Positions 37,038-48,437 of a stretch of DNA of 64,000 nucleotides are shown in pieces. Origin of the DNA: Beijerinckiaceae bacterium. GTDB taxonomy: Bacteria > Pseudomonadota > Alphaproteobacteria > Rhizobiales > Beijerinckiaceae. Made by a program: the position numbers and the translations under genes. The notes under the pieces are model-generated. The model made no database searches. It was not told the DNA's origin and was given only the letters and a program-made list of their open reading frames with translations. The stretch lies in assembly GCA_965283735.1 (NCBI GenBank), contig CBDIPN010000001.1, positions 2,033,205 through 2,097,204 of the forward strand, written 5' to 3'. Every line of letters begins with the position of its first letter. Positions within the stretch are counted from its first letter, which is position 1.

Positions 37038-37073
37038 GGGCTCAACCTGGTGCATCACACCTTGGTTGAGCCC
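37038..37073 (+). terminator. 10-bp-stem hairpin after the hupE operon
   Basis: GGGCTCAACC-N16-GGTTGAGCCC, 10 nt after the stop. No T-tract follows. Confidence 0.4.
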
Positions 37074-37339
37074 TGCCCACCAGCTTTGGCTTCCAAGGAG
37101 GCGTCCCGGGTTCGCTTCCAATTTGCGGCCGGAGACTACTGCTGGCAGTTGGCGACGAAGAAAACGGCTAGGGTCGCCGCATAAAGATCGCAGCAATCCA
37201 GATTGACCTGTTCGACGATGCCGCTGGCTCCCGGCAAACGCCGCGGCCATCCTCGAGGAAACGCAGGTCCGAGGTCCTGCTGCCATCCGGCGATGATGAG
37301 GAGCTTGCCCGAAGGCTGGAGGAGACCGGCCGCTTCAGG

Positions 37340-37795
37340 GTGCTGCGAAAGCTAATGCCTCGCCCGATCGTCCCGCGGGAGAAGAGCGCGTTCCCGAACC
37401 TCGCGGTGTTGGTGGACACCGAGACCACCGGCCTCTTGCATACCCGGGACGAGATCATCGAGATCGGCGCGGTGAGCTTCACCTACGACGATGCGGGCGT
37501 GATCGGGGATGTTGTCGGTGTCAATAGCGGCCTGCGCCAGCCATCCGCTCCGATCCCCGCGGAGATAACGCGGCTGACGGGCATCACGGATGAGATGGTC
37601 TCCGGTCACGGCATCGATATCGCGGCGCTCGATGCTCTGGTCGAACCCGCCGACCTCGTCATCGCGCACAATGCCGCGTTCGATCGCCCATTCTGCGAAA
37701 AGCTTTCGCCAGCCTTCGAGTTGAAGGCCTGGGCATGCTCGGTCACCGAGATCCGGTGGGCCGATCTGGGCTTCGAAGGCAACAAGCTCGGGTAA
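37340..37795 (+). pseudogene. DEDDh 3'-5' exonuclease, C-terminally truncated
   Basis: ExoI VLVDTETTGL. ExoII AHNAAFD. The ORF stops at ..FEGNKLG* before the expected ExoIII H-x4-D region. Confidence 0.6.
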
Positions 37796-37952
37796 ACCCG
37801 CAGCCTCTTCCGGCTCAGGGTGTCCCGCGTCAGGATCTGGTCGCCGATCGTATACCGGCGTTCGCCGAAGTTCACGGTCGCGGCTGCCGTCAGCCTGCCG
37901 AAATCGACGCGGCAACGGTTCGCCAGGGCCTCGAGCAGATGGCGTTCCGGGA

Positions 37953-38432
37953 TCAGACGCGGTGTACGCCGCGGTAGCGTGCGAAGCTGGTCCGGCCCGA
38001 AGATCCGAACAGGACGACCTCGTAGCTGTCCGGCGCCTTGCCGGCGACCTCCATGCCGGGAGAGCCCATCGGCATTCCCGGAACGGCGAGGCCCCGAGCC
38101 TGCGGCTTCTCGGCCAGGAGGCGCTTGACGGCGTCAGCCGGCACATGACCTTCGACGACGTAACCGGACACCTCTGCCGTATGGCAGGAGGCAAGGTCGC
38201 CCGGCACGCCGAGGCGGAGCTTCACCTGGTCGACGTCCGAGGATGTGATGACCTCGACGGAGAAGCCTGCGGCCTTCATGTGCTCCACCCAGCCGCCGCA
38301 ACAGCCGCAGTTCGGATCCTTGGTCACGGTCACCTTCGGCAGGGTGGCCTGCGCAAAGGCTCGTCCGGCCATCATCGCGGCGCCAGAGGTTCCGAGAACG
38401 GCGAGGAAGCGGCGGCGGGTGAGCATGAGCAT
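37953..38432 (-). CDS. DUF411 (CopG-like) periplasmic metal-binding protein
   Basis: Tat-like signal RRRFLAVLG. CGCCGGW motif. Met-rich GMPMGSPGM. Confidence 0.8.
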   Translation of the reverse strand: MLMLTRRRFLAVLGTSGAAMMAGRAFAQATLPKVTVTKDPNCGCCGGWVEHMKAAGFSVEVITSSDVDQVKLRLGVPGDLASCHTAEVSGYVVEGHVPADAVKRLLAEKPQARGLAVPGMPMGSPGMEVAGKAPDSYEVVLFGSSGRTSFARYRGVHRV

Positions 38433-38437
38433 CTCCT

Positions 38438-38695
38438 TCAGGCTGCGACCGGGGTATAGCCGGCCTTGGCGACGAGAGCCTTGATGGATGCCAGGTCGCT
38501 GCTCCCGCGGACGGACACCAACTTGGAAGCCGGATCGGCTTCGACCTGCGTGCCGGGCAGTCCCGTCTCGATCGCGTTCTTGATCGTGCCAGCGCAGTGA
38601 CCGCAGGTCATGTCGTCGACCCGCAAGGTCAGGGCATTCGGATCACGTTCGGCCGCCTGGTCCGGCCGGGAGGAGTGGTTGTTGCATCCGCACAT
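38438..38695 (-). CDS. copZ: heavy-metal-associated (HMA) domain copper chaperone
   Basis: MTCGHCAGTIKNAI. N-terminal MCGCNNH. Confidence 0.8.
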   Translation of the reverse strand: MCGCNNHSSRPDQAAERDPNALTLRVDDMTCGHCAGTIKNAIETGLPGTQVEADPASKLVSVRGSSDLASIKALVAKAGYTPVAA

Positions 38696-38911
38696 GGAAT
38701 GGTCTCCGTTTCTCATCGACGATGAGAACAGCCTGCACCTTACCATGATGGTAAGGTCAAGCGGCGATTTATCACGGCGCGCCGATGTCGCGACGGCACG
38801 TACATTGCGAGGGCGCCCTTGCGAAGGCGGACAACCCCGTGTCCGCCCGCTTTCATTGGTTCGGAGCAGGGTTGACCTCGTTGCGAGCCTGGCTCCATCC
38901 GGGGTGGCGCA

Positions 38912-39589
38912 TCAGTGCTTGTTCGGGGTGTCGTCGTCAGCACCATCGGATCCACCGGGGATCATGGCACCGCCGGGTCCCATCATTCCCCGCCCCATCA
39001 TGCCTTGCGCCATCATGCCTCGGCTGCCCATCCGGACGAGTGCCGGCAGCCGCCGCTTCTGGGCCTCGTCGAGGGTCGCGTGGAGCGGCGCGGCAGCGTC
39101 CGCGAGCTTGCGCATGGCGTCGGATCCCTGGCTCATATGATCGGCCATGGTGCGCAGCATGTTCACCGGATCGTTTGCCGTCATGCCTCCCGTCTGGCGA
39201 TTGGCCTGCATATGGCTGAGGTGAAGGGTCGCCAGGTTCCGGAGCGCGGTTTCGACCGAAGGCCATAGCTTTTCCTGGCCGGCGGTCAGCTTCAGCCCGG
39301 CATGGATGGACGCGATGTGGGCTTCGGCGAAGGCACTCATATCCTCGGTCGAGAACTGGCCCATCATCCCTCGGCTGCCGCCGGGCATGCCTTGACCCTG
39401 CATCATCTGGCCCATGGGCATTGGCATTCCGGATTGGCCGGGCATCGCCTGAGGTTTTGCTGGCGCCGTGGATTGGGCCTGCGCCTTGGGGGCATTACCT
39501 GGATGGTGCGGGTCACTGGAAGTCGGCGCCTGGGCCAGCGCGGGCCCGGCAAGGGTAACCAGGACAGTCGCGAGAACGGACATCTTCAT
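38912..39589 (-). CDS. Spy/CpxP-like periplasmic protein with Met-rich flanks
   Basis: Signal peptide. Two LTxxQ-like segments (LKLTAGQEKLW, LHATLDEAQKRR). MPGQSGMPMPMGQMMQGQGMPGG and GMMAQGMMGRGMMGPGG. Confidence 0.65.
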   Translation of the reverse strand: MKMSVLATVLVTLAGPALAQAPTSSDPHHPGNAPKAQAQSTAPAKPQAMPGQSGMPMPMGQMMQGQGMPGGSRGMMGQFSTEDMSAFAEAHIASIHAGLKLTAGQEKLWPSVETALRNLATLHLSHMQANRQTGGMTANDPVNMLRTMADHMSQGSDAMRKLADAAAPLHATLDEAQKRRLPALVRMGSRGMMAQGMMGRGMMGPGGAMIPGGSDGADDDTPNKH

Positions 39590-39760
39590 GGCAGTGTCTC
39601 CTTTGAGCGGTCAAAAAGGGTAAGAACGGCGTCGGCGCAGCTTTCGCGGAATGGCCGCAGGCAGCGCCGATCAGGTTGCGTCGGGCGCAGCCATTGGTCC
39701 CGGGGCTGCAAGGGCCCCCAATGTTCTCAGCCGGGCCGCAGCCGGCCCGGCCTTGGGCGG

Positions 39761-39994
39761 TCACCCCCGCTTGTCGTGGTGGCCGTGGCCGCCGTGCATG
39801 AACAGATGCATCAGGGGGCAGGCCAGCAGCAGGAGGTAGGGCAGTGCGGTCACGATATGAACGCCGTGGTTCGCGAGGAGGTCGATGCCGAGAGTGGCCA
39901 ACGCGAGCGAGCAGACCCAACCCAGAGGCGTGTTGATCAGCAGGGTCCGCCAGGTTCGTGGCGACTCGGGGGCAGGAGTTGGTGTGGTGGGCAT
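39761..39994 (-). CDS. DUF2933-like small membrane protein
   Basis: Two TM helices, then LACPLMHLFMHGGHGHH. Confidence 0.6.
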   Translation of the reverse strand: MPTTPTPAPESPRTWRTLLINTPLGWVCSLALATLGIDLLANHGVHIVTALPYLLLLACPLMHLFMHGGHGHHDKRG

Positions 39995-40121
39995 GTCGAT
40001 CTCTCCCGGTGCGGAGCGTGCCGATCTTGGACCTTGCTGGCGAACGGTGCCTTGAGCGAAATCAAGCGGGGTACCGGCAAGGCTCGTTCCGCCCACCCGG
40101 TCTGCTCCCGCTTCCTGGCAC

Positions 40122-41123
40122 CTAGCGGGCGGCGATGCCGTTCGGCCCCTTGCCCACCGGATAGGCCTTCCCGGCCGAGAGGCTGCCGAGATCGATCGCG
40201 GAGATGGTGTTCGCGTAGGTGTTCGTGACGTAGGCCGTGCGACCGTCGCGAGCGATGACGATGCCGTGCGCTCCCTTGCCGACCGTCACGTTCCGGATCA
40301 GCTTGCCGTCCTCGAGCGCGACGACCGACACCCGGTTGTCCGGCTTCGCCACCGAGCCCTGGTTCGCGACCAGGGCGGCCTTGCTGTCCGGCGTAACGTA
40401 GACCTGCACGGGTCCGTTTCCGACGGAGGCCTTCCGCAGCAGCTTGCGAGCGTCGACGTCGATGATGGCGACCTTGTCCTCGCCGTTGAGCGAGACCACG
40501 AGGATGCGGCCGCTCCGGTCGAACGCGACCTGGACCGGCCGCTTTCCGACGGAGATATGCATGGCCCTCTCCGGATTGCGCGTATCCACCAACGAGACCG
40601 TGTCGCTCTTCATGTTGGCGACCGCGAGCAGGTTGCCGTCCGGCGATAGGCGCAGTCCATGCGGGTAGTTCTGCACGGGGATGCGACCGGTTACCCTACG
40701 CCCCGGGATATCGACCACTACCACCGAGTTGGTTTCGGCGTCGGTCAGGTAGGCGAAATGCCCTTGTGCGTCGGGAACGACATGCGCCGGATGTCCTCCA
40801 ACGGCCACGACCTGCGGCGCGCCGGGCGCGTCGCCAGAGACGTCCATGAGAATGAGCTGCCCGCCTGCGGAACCGTGAGCCGCATGGCTGCCGGACTGTG
40901 CCGCAGGCATACCGGTCGCCAGGATGAGGCGGCCATCGGCGGTGACGTCGACGTTGTGCGGCGAGATCGGAATCGCCGCCGTAGTGGTTTTCGAGGTCTG
41001 GGAGTCGATGATGGAGAGGCTCTGCCCGTTCTCGTTGGCGACGACGATCGTGTCGGCCCGGGCGCCGGCGGCGCCAAGGGATGTGACGAGGGCGAGTGCA
41101 ATCTGGGTTCTGCGTGCGAACAT
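40122..41123 (-). CDS. YncE-like (YVTN repeat) beta-propeller, secreted
   Basis: Signal peptide. Repeated G..P.G...S.DG..LYV.N-type blades (AYLTDAETNSVVVVD, LAVANMKSDTVSLVD, AYVTNTYANTISAID). Confidence 0.75.
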   Translation of the reverse strand: MFARRTQIALALVTSLGAAGARADTIVVANENGQSLSIIDSQTSKTTTAAIPISPHNVDVTADGRLILATGMPAAQSGSHAAHGSAGGQLILMDVSGDAPGAPQVVAVGGHPAHVVPDAQGHFAYLTDAETNSVVVVDIPGRRVTGRIPVQNYPHGLRLSPDGNLLAVANMKSDTVSLVDTRNPERAMHISVGKRPVQVAFDRSGRILVVSLNGEDKVAIIDVDARKLLRKASVGNGPVQVYVTPDSKAALVANQGSVAKPDNRVSVVALEDGKLIRNVTVGKGAHGIVIARDGRTAYVTNTYANTISAIDLGSLSAGKAYPVGKGPNGIAAR

Positions 41124-41215
41124 CGCATTGTCCTTCCGAATTCGAATTGAACAGGGGCCCGGTGCCCACGCAGGCCGCGACATCACGGAAGCGGCGGGGT
41201 CGGGATTCGGTTGGG

Positions 41216-41629
41216 TTACGCGATGGATTTTGGCGGTTTGAATCGCACCTCCGGGATTGCCCCGGTCAGCATCAAGTCATTCCCCGGCTGGAGGCAGACG
41301 GCTTCGGGCCATCCTGGGAAAGGGGCACCGGCACGGATCATCGCCGGGGGCACGACGAGGCAGCTCGAGGAAGCACCGAGACAAGCCTGGTCGCAAGAGG
41401 GGCCGCCCGCCGTTCCCTCGGCGTTGTCTTGATCCGCGTTTCGGCCGTGATGGATGGAGGCCGCCGCCGGGTCGACGTGCCCATGCTCCATGGCCACGGA
41501 CAGGTGCGTGGCAGGACCGGGCGCCGAAAAGGCAGGCGTCGCCACACGACCGACCACGAGAACCATCGCGGCGACCGCGAGGAGCATGGCCATCAACGGA
41601 GACAGAGCTTTTTTGCGACGCCTCTTCAT
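41216..41629 (-). CDS. membrane-anchored hypothetical protein with His and Cys motifs
   Basis: MKRRRKKAL followed by a TM segment, then MEHGHVDP..HHG..CDQAC..C. Immediately downstream of copA. Confidence 0.5.
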   Translation of the reverse strand: MKRRRKKALSPLMAMLLAVAAMVLVVGRVATPAFSAPGPATHLSVAMEHGHVDPAAASIHHGRNADQDNAEGTAGGPSCDQACLGASSSCLVVPPAMIRAGAPFPGWPEAVCLQPGNDLMLTGAIPEVRFKPPKSIA

Positions 41630-41726
41630 TGCAAAAAGTCTATCCGGCTGGCGGACCGAAACCTTGCGCTGCATCAAACAGTCGGACGGACCGAGCGGCT
41701 CCCGATGGAACTGCCCGGTCCGGGAA

Positions 41727-44108
<2,382 letters not shown>

Positions 44109-44144
44109 GACCATTCTCCGCATACGCATCGATGAGCTGCGGTA

Positions 44145-44175
44145 AGGTTGGGCCTTCCCATAATAGGAAGGTCAA
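44145..44175 (-). promoter_or_regulatory. MerR/CueR-type promoter: TTGACC-19 bp-CAACCT with CCTTCC-N7-GGAAGG dyad
   Basis: The minus strand reads CTTGACCTTCCTATTATGGGAAGGCCCAACCTTACC. As I recall it, this is nearly identical in layout to E. coli PcopA (TTGACCTTCCCCTTGCTGGAAGGTTTAACCT). Confidence 0.7.
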
Positions 44176-44508
44176 GCGTTTGCGTTGGGGCTTCCGTCCT
44201 CGCGCTCGTCGTGGTCAGCGATAACGTCCTATGTCGTGAAGCAGCTTTAGGCTTTGGCCAGCGGGTCTCATCGCGCCGGCAGATCGCCGACGTTGGCAGC
44301 AAGCTGATCCAGATGGTTTCCACCGTCGACAGGATCGCTCCCAGCCATAGCAAACACAGGATCCAGCGGCGCTGACGCGGCCGTGGCCCTCACCGTCCTC
44401 AAGACGAGATGCGCACCCAGGTGGAAGGCCCGAACATTATCTACAGGGTCGCCTTTGGCGCCCTCACGGCTCTTGCAGAGAGGGGGCCTTCCACCTGGCG
44501 CCCGACCG

Positions 44509-44739
44509 CTACAGAAACGGTCGGTATTCTGTTCCCGCCTTGGCGACGGCATGCGCCGCCCGCGCCATCTTGGCGGTGAGCGCGGTCATCGCCTTGCGAC
44601 GGCGATCGGCATCGTCCGCGTGGCCGGCAATATAGCGGCCGAGCTTATCGCGGAAGCTGTTGTCACATTGGCGTGCGGCGACCTGCGCCGCCATCCAGAA
44701 TGTTCGGCGCAGGCGGGCATTGGACTTGCCCCGCGAAAC
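44509..44739 (-). pseudogene. 3' fragment of an IS110-family transposase
   Basis: ..SRGKSNARLRRTFWMAAQVAARQ..FRDKLGRYIAG..RRRKAMTALTAKMARAAHAVAKAGTEYRP. Cut at the end of IS3 element 2. Confidence 0.65.
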
Positions 44740-44773
44740 TGGAGAGCTCTTCTGAAGGAAGGAGGAGCATTTC

Positions 44774-45070
44774 ATGGGCAAGCCGCAACGCCGGCTCGGG
44801 AAGGAATTCGAGGCGGAGGCCGTTCGTCTGGTTGAGACGAGTGGCCGCACACAGCGTGAAATCGCGGAGGATCTCGGCATTGGTCTGTCGACGCTGCGCC
44901 GCTGGCTCGACAAGCGCCGCGAGCGTGATCTGGAGGCGCCGCCTCCCGAGCGGCAGGAAGACCTGGCCGCTGAGCTGAAGCGGCTGCGACGCGAGAACGA
45001 GATCCTGCGACAGGAACGCGAAATTCTGAAGAGGGCCGCGACTTTTTTCGCCAAGGAGGGAAGTCGATGA
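44774..45070 (+). CDS. IS3-family transposase OrfA
   Basis: FEAEAVRLVETSGRTQREIAEDLGIGLSTLRRW..LKRLRRENEILRQEREILKRAATFFA. Confidence 0.9.
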   Translation: MGKPQRRLGKEFEAEAVRLVETSGRTQREIAEDLGIGLSTLRRWLDKRRERDLEAPPPERQEDLAAELKRLRRENEILRQEREILKRAATFFAKEGSR

Positions 45071-45924
45071 GATTTGAACTCATCGATGCGGCGAAGAAGG
45101 AGTTCCCCGTTCAGCGCCTGTGCAAGGTTCTCGACGTCAGCCCGAGCGGCTACTTCGCCTGGAAGGGGCGTCCTGCTTGCCGTCGCCAGCGCGACGACAT
45201 GGTGCTGCTCGCCCATGTCCGCTCGGCCTTCACCCTGTCGAACGAAACCTATGGGAGCCCGCGCATGGTGCACGAACTGCGCGACAACGGCCTGTCGATC
45301 GGACGCCGGCGCGTTGCCCGACTGATGCGCGAGAATGGAATGAAGGCGCGGCAGAAGCGGCGGTTCAAGCGCACCACCGACAGCCTGCATGCCTTTCCGG
45401 TCGCCCCGAACCTCCTCGACCAGGACTTCGCCGCGGCCGGCCCGAACCAGAAGTGGGGCGCTGATATCTCCTACGTCTGGACGCGCGAGGGCTGGCTGTA
45501 CCTGGCCGTCGTCATCGACCTCTTTGCCCGGCGTGTCGTCGGCTGGGCAACCAGCGACAGGCTCCACAAGGAACTGGCGTTGTCAGCCCTGCGCCGGGCC
45601 ATTGCCGTGCGGCGTCCTGCCGCCGGGCTGATTCACCACGCAGATCGCGGCAGCCAATACTGCTCCCTCGACTACCAGGCGGAGCTGAGGAAGCACGGCG
45701 TCCTGATCTCGATGTCGGGCAAGGGAAACTGCTTTGACAACGCCATGGTCGAGACGTTCTTCAAGACGCTCAAGAGCGAACTCGTCTGGCGCACCGTCTT
45801 CCAGACCCGCGCCGAGGCGACCGCCGCAATCGGCCGCTATATCGACAGCTTCTACAATCCCGTCCGGCGCCATTCGGCGCTCAACTTCATCAGCCCGCTT
45901 CAGTTCGAGAGGCAGGCCGCCTAA
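45067..45924 (+). CDS. IS3-family transposase OrfB
   Basis: NQKWGADISYVWT..VVIDLFARRVVGW..HADRGSQY..CFDNAMVETFFKTLKSE. Confidence 0.9.
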   Translation: MRFELIDAAKKEFPVQRLCKVLDVSPSGYFAWKGRPACRRQRDDMVLLAHVRSAFTLSNETYGSPRMVHELRDNGLSIGRRRVARLMRENGMKARQKRRFKRTTDSLHAFPVAPNLLDQDFAAAGPNQKWGADISYVWTREGWLYLAVVIDLFARRVVGWATSDRLHKELALSALRRAIAVRRPAAGLIHHADRGSQYCSLDYQAELRKHGVLISMSGKGNCFDNAMVETFFKTLKSELVWRTVFQTRAEATAAIGRYIDSFYNPVRRHSALNFISPLQFERQAA

Positions 45925-45967
45925 ACTCGAAAACGCTCTCCAAAATCACGGCGCAAGTCCAGTCGCG

Positions 45968-46996
45968 ATGTTCTACGCTGCGCTGGATGTGTCGCTGCGC
46001 TCGGTGGCGATCTGCATCATCGACCATCACGGAAAGATTTGCCTCGAGCGCTCGGTGCGCTCCGACGTTTCCGATGTCCTTCTTGGCCTCGCGGGGTTCG
46101 ATCAGCCGATCCATCAGGTCGGGTTTGAGGCCGGCGCGCTGACGCAGCCCATCACCTACGGACTGACGGAGGCGGGCTACGACGTCGTTTGCATGGAAGC
46201 GCGTCAGGTCGCGGCTGCGCTTTCGGCCATGCGGAACAAGACGGACAAACACGACGCCCGCGGCATTGCCCAGATTCTCCGGTCGGGGTGGTACAGCCGG
46301 GTGCATGTGAAAAGCGTCGAGAGCCACCACATGCGAGCGCTGCTGACGAGCCGCAAGGTGATGCAGCGAAAGTGCATCGATCTCGAGAACGAGATCCGCG
46401 GCCTGTTGCGGATCTTCGGCGTCGTGCTGCCTCTGCGACTGTCCCGGGGCGCTTTTGATGCCGCTGTACGCGAGACGATCGAGACCGATCCTGCGCTCAG
46501 CCATGCGCTTCTGCCGATGCTGGAGGCACGGGCGATGCTCTTCGAGACCTTCACCGAGCTTGATCGGCGGGTGAAGCGGGCTGCCCGCGAAGATACGATC
46601 TGCCAGCGCTTCATGACCGTGCCGGGCGTTGGCGAGATCACCGCCCTCAGCTTCAAGGCTGCCGTGGACGATCCTGCCCGCTTCAAGAGCTCTCGCACGG
46701 TCGGAGCCCACTTCGGGCTGACGCCCAGGCGCTTCCAGTCCGGCGAGACAGACAATCCAGGTCGGATCTCCCATGCCGGTGACGTCGACGTTCGCGCTGC
46801 GCTCTACGCGGCCGCAAACGCCATGTTGATGCGCTAGATCACCTGGTCGAGTCTCAAGGCCTGGGGTGTGCGGCTGATGAAGACGAAGGGCCGCCGGCGC
46901 GCCATCGTCGCGGTGGCGCGCAAGATCGCCGTCGTGCTCCATCGTATGTGGGCCGATGGTACCGACTTCCGCCTGGGATCGGAGGCTGCAGCATGA
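45968..46996 (+). pseudogene. IS110-family transposase with an in-frame TAG at 46835-46837
   Basis: MFYAALDVSLRSVAICIID (DEDD N-terminus)..MTVPGVGEITA..FQSGETDNPGRISHAGD..MLMR*. The same frame continues ITWSSLKAWGVRLMKTKGRRRAIVAVARKIAVVLHRMW, which is a typical IS110 C-terminus. Confidence 0.75.
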
Positions 46997-47284
46997 CCTG
47001 ACCACAGCTCTCCGCGATCCTGGGCCGGGATCGTCCCACGCGGACGAAGGAATGGATGAAGCCGAAGATGTCTGCTGCGCTTCAAAGCGCGTCCAAAAGC
47101 GAGGCTCTCCAGACCCACTCCGATGCATGCGTGCAGCGGCTTCGCACGACAGAAGCCACCAGACTGCGAAGAGAAGCGTGACCCGCGTGAACGAGCCCCC
47201 GGCACAGAGCTGTAATCCGAGCTTGACCCAACTGCCCGATTAGAGAAGCAGACATTTTGCGGAGGATGGCCGAGAAGCGCGTCG

Positions 47285-48406
47285 TTAGGCGCGAACAGTC
47301 CTTTTTGCGACCGCCAATTGGGCCAGCGCCTCCTCATCGATCTCGACGCCGAGCCCCGGAGCCTCGGACAGGCTGTAGCTGTCTCCTTCGATCATGGGCC
47401 CTTGCCGGACGAAGCGGCTGCGCGAGGGTGGGTTGTCGTTCTCGTAGGATTCGAGGATCACGAAATTGGTCAGCAGCGAGGCCAAGGTGACCGAAGCGGC
47501 GATCGCGACGGGCCCATGCGGGTTATGAGGCACCACGCCGATGTTGCGGGTCTCGGCCGCATGCCCGATCTTCAGGGCCTCGGTCAGACCGCCGACCCGG
47601 ATGATCGAGGGCTGCACCAACCCGACTGCCTGGCATTCGATGATCTCGGAAAACTGCCGGCGAGAATGCAGCCGCTCTCCAAAGGCGATGCGGGTGGCCA
47701 TGGCGGATGAGAGCCGCTGCAACGCTTCGGCGCTCTGGAACTCGGTCGGCTCCTCGACGAAGACGAGGTCGCAACCGGCCACGTCCGTGCAGAACTGCGC
47801 GGCCGAGGCCCAATCGAGCCGACGCCAGATATCGACCATCAGGCCGATCGACGGGCCGACGGCTTTGCGAACCGCACGAACCTCTGCCACGGCCTTCGGC
47901 ACATTGTGCTGCCGAACACGATACTGGAGCTGATCGGAGGTCCCGAACGGATACCATTTCAGCGCGGTGGCGCCGCGAGCGACCGCAGCCTGCGCCTTCC
48001 GGATCAGATCCTCCGTGGACTGGTATCCGGCCCACCACTGGTTGAGATAGACGCCGATGCGCTCGCGCACGGCGCCGCCCAGGAGCTTATGCACCGGCAG
48101 ACCATAGGCCTTGCCGGTGATGTCCCACAGCGCCTGGTCGATCGCAGCGAGAGCCGCCATGCTGCTGGCGCCTTCGCCCCAATAGACCTTGTCCTTCAGC
48201 ATCGCCCAGTGTTTCGCGACCGCGGTCGGGTCCTGCCCGGCGATGGCGCGGAAACCTTCCTCGATCCCTGCCGCCACCGAGGGCCAGCGATGGTCGAGCG
48301 TCGCCTCGCCGAAGCCGACGAGCCCCTTATCGGTCTCGATGGCAGCGAAGAGGTAGTGCTTGTTCGCATCGGCAAGCACATAGGTTCGCAATTCGGCGAT
48401 CTTCAT
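47285..48406 (-). CDS. enolase-superfamily enzyme (mandelate racemase/muconate lactonizing family)
   Basis: GFGEATL..KWYPFG..MVDIW..FVEEP..AFGERL..QPSI..HNPHGP. Confidence 0.8.
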   Translation of the reverse strand: MKIAELRTYVLADANKHYLFAAIETDKGLVGFGEATLDHRWPSVAAGIEEGFRAIAGQDPTAVAKHWAMLKDKVYWGEGASSMAALAAIDQALWDITGKAYGLPVHKLLGGAVRERIGVYLNQWWAGYQSTEDLIRKAQAAVARGATALKWYPFGTSDQLQYRVRQHNVPKAVAEVRAVRKAVGPSIGLMVDIWRRLDWASAAQFCTDVAGCDLVFVEEPTEFQSAEALQRLSSAMATRIAFGERLHSRRQFSEIIECQAVGLVQPSIIRVGGLTEALKIGHAAETRNIGVVPHNPHGPVAIAASVTLASLLTNFVILESYENDNPPSRSRFVRQGPMIEGDSYSLSEAPGLGVEIDEEALAQLAVAKRTVRA

Positions 48407-48437
48407 AGCCTGTCCTCACGCCACAGCTTCGCCGCGG

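Larger units (their letters stand above)
44740..45942 (+). mobile_element. second, unrelated IS3-family insertion sequence (1203 bp)
   Basis: Terminal IRs TGGAGAGCTCTTCTG.. / ..CGAAAACGCTCTCCA. orfA and orfB overlap by ATGA. A TTTTTTC run lies near the orfA end. Confidence 0.75.

Noticed and set aside
44509-45567. 352-aa minus-strand ORF.
   Set aside because: It is mostly antisense to IS3 element 2. Only its last approximately 75 aa (the IS110 C-terminus) look real.
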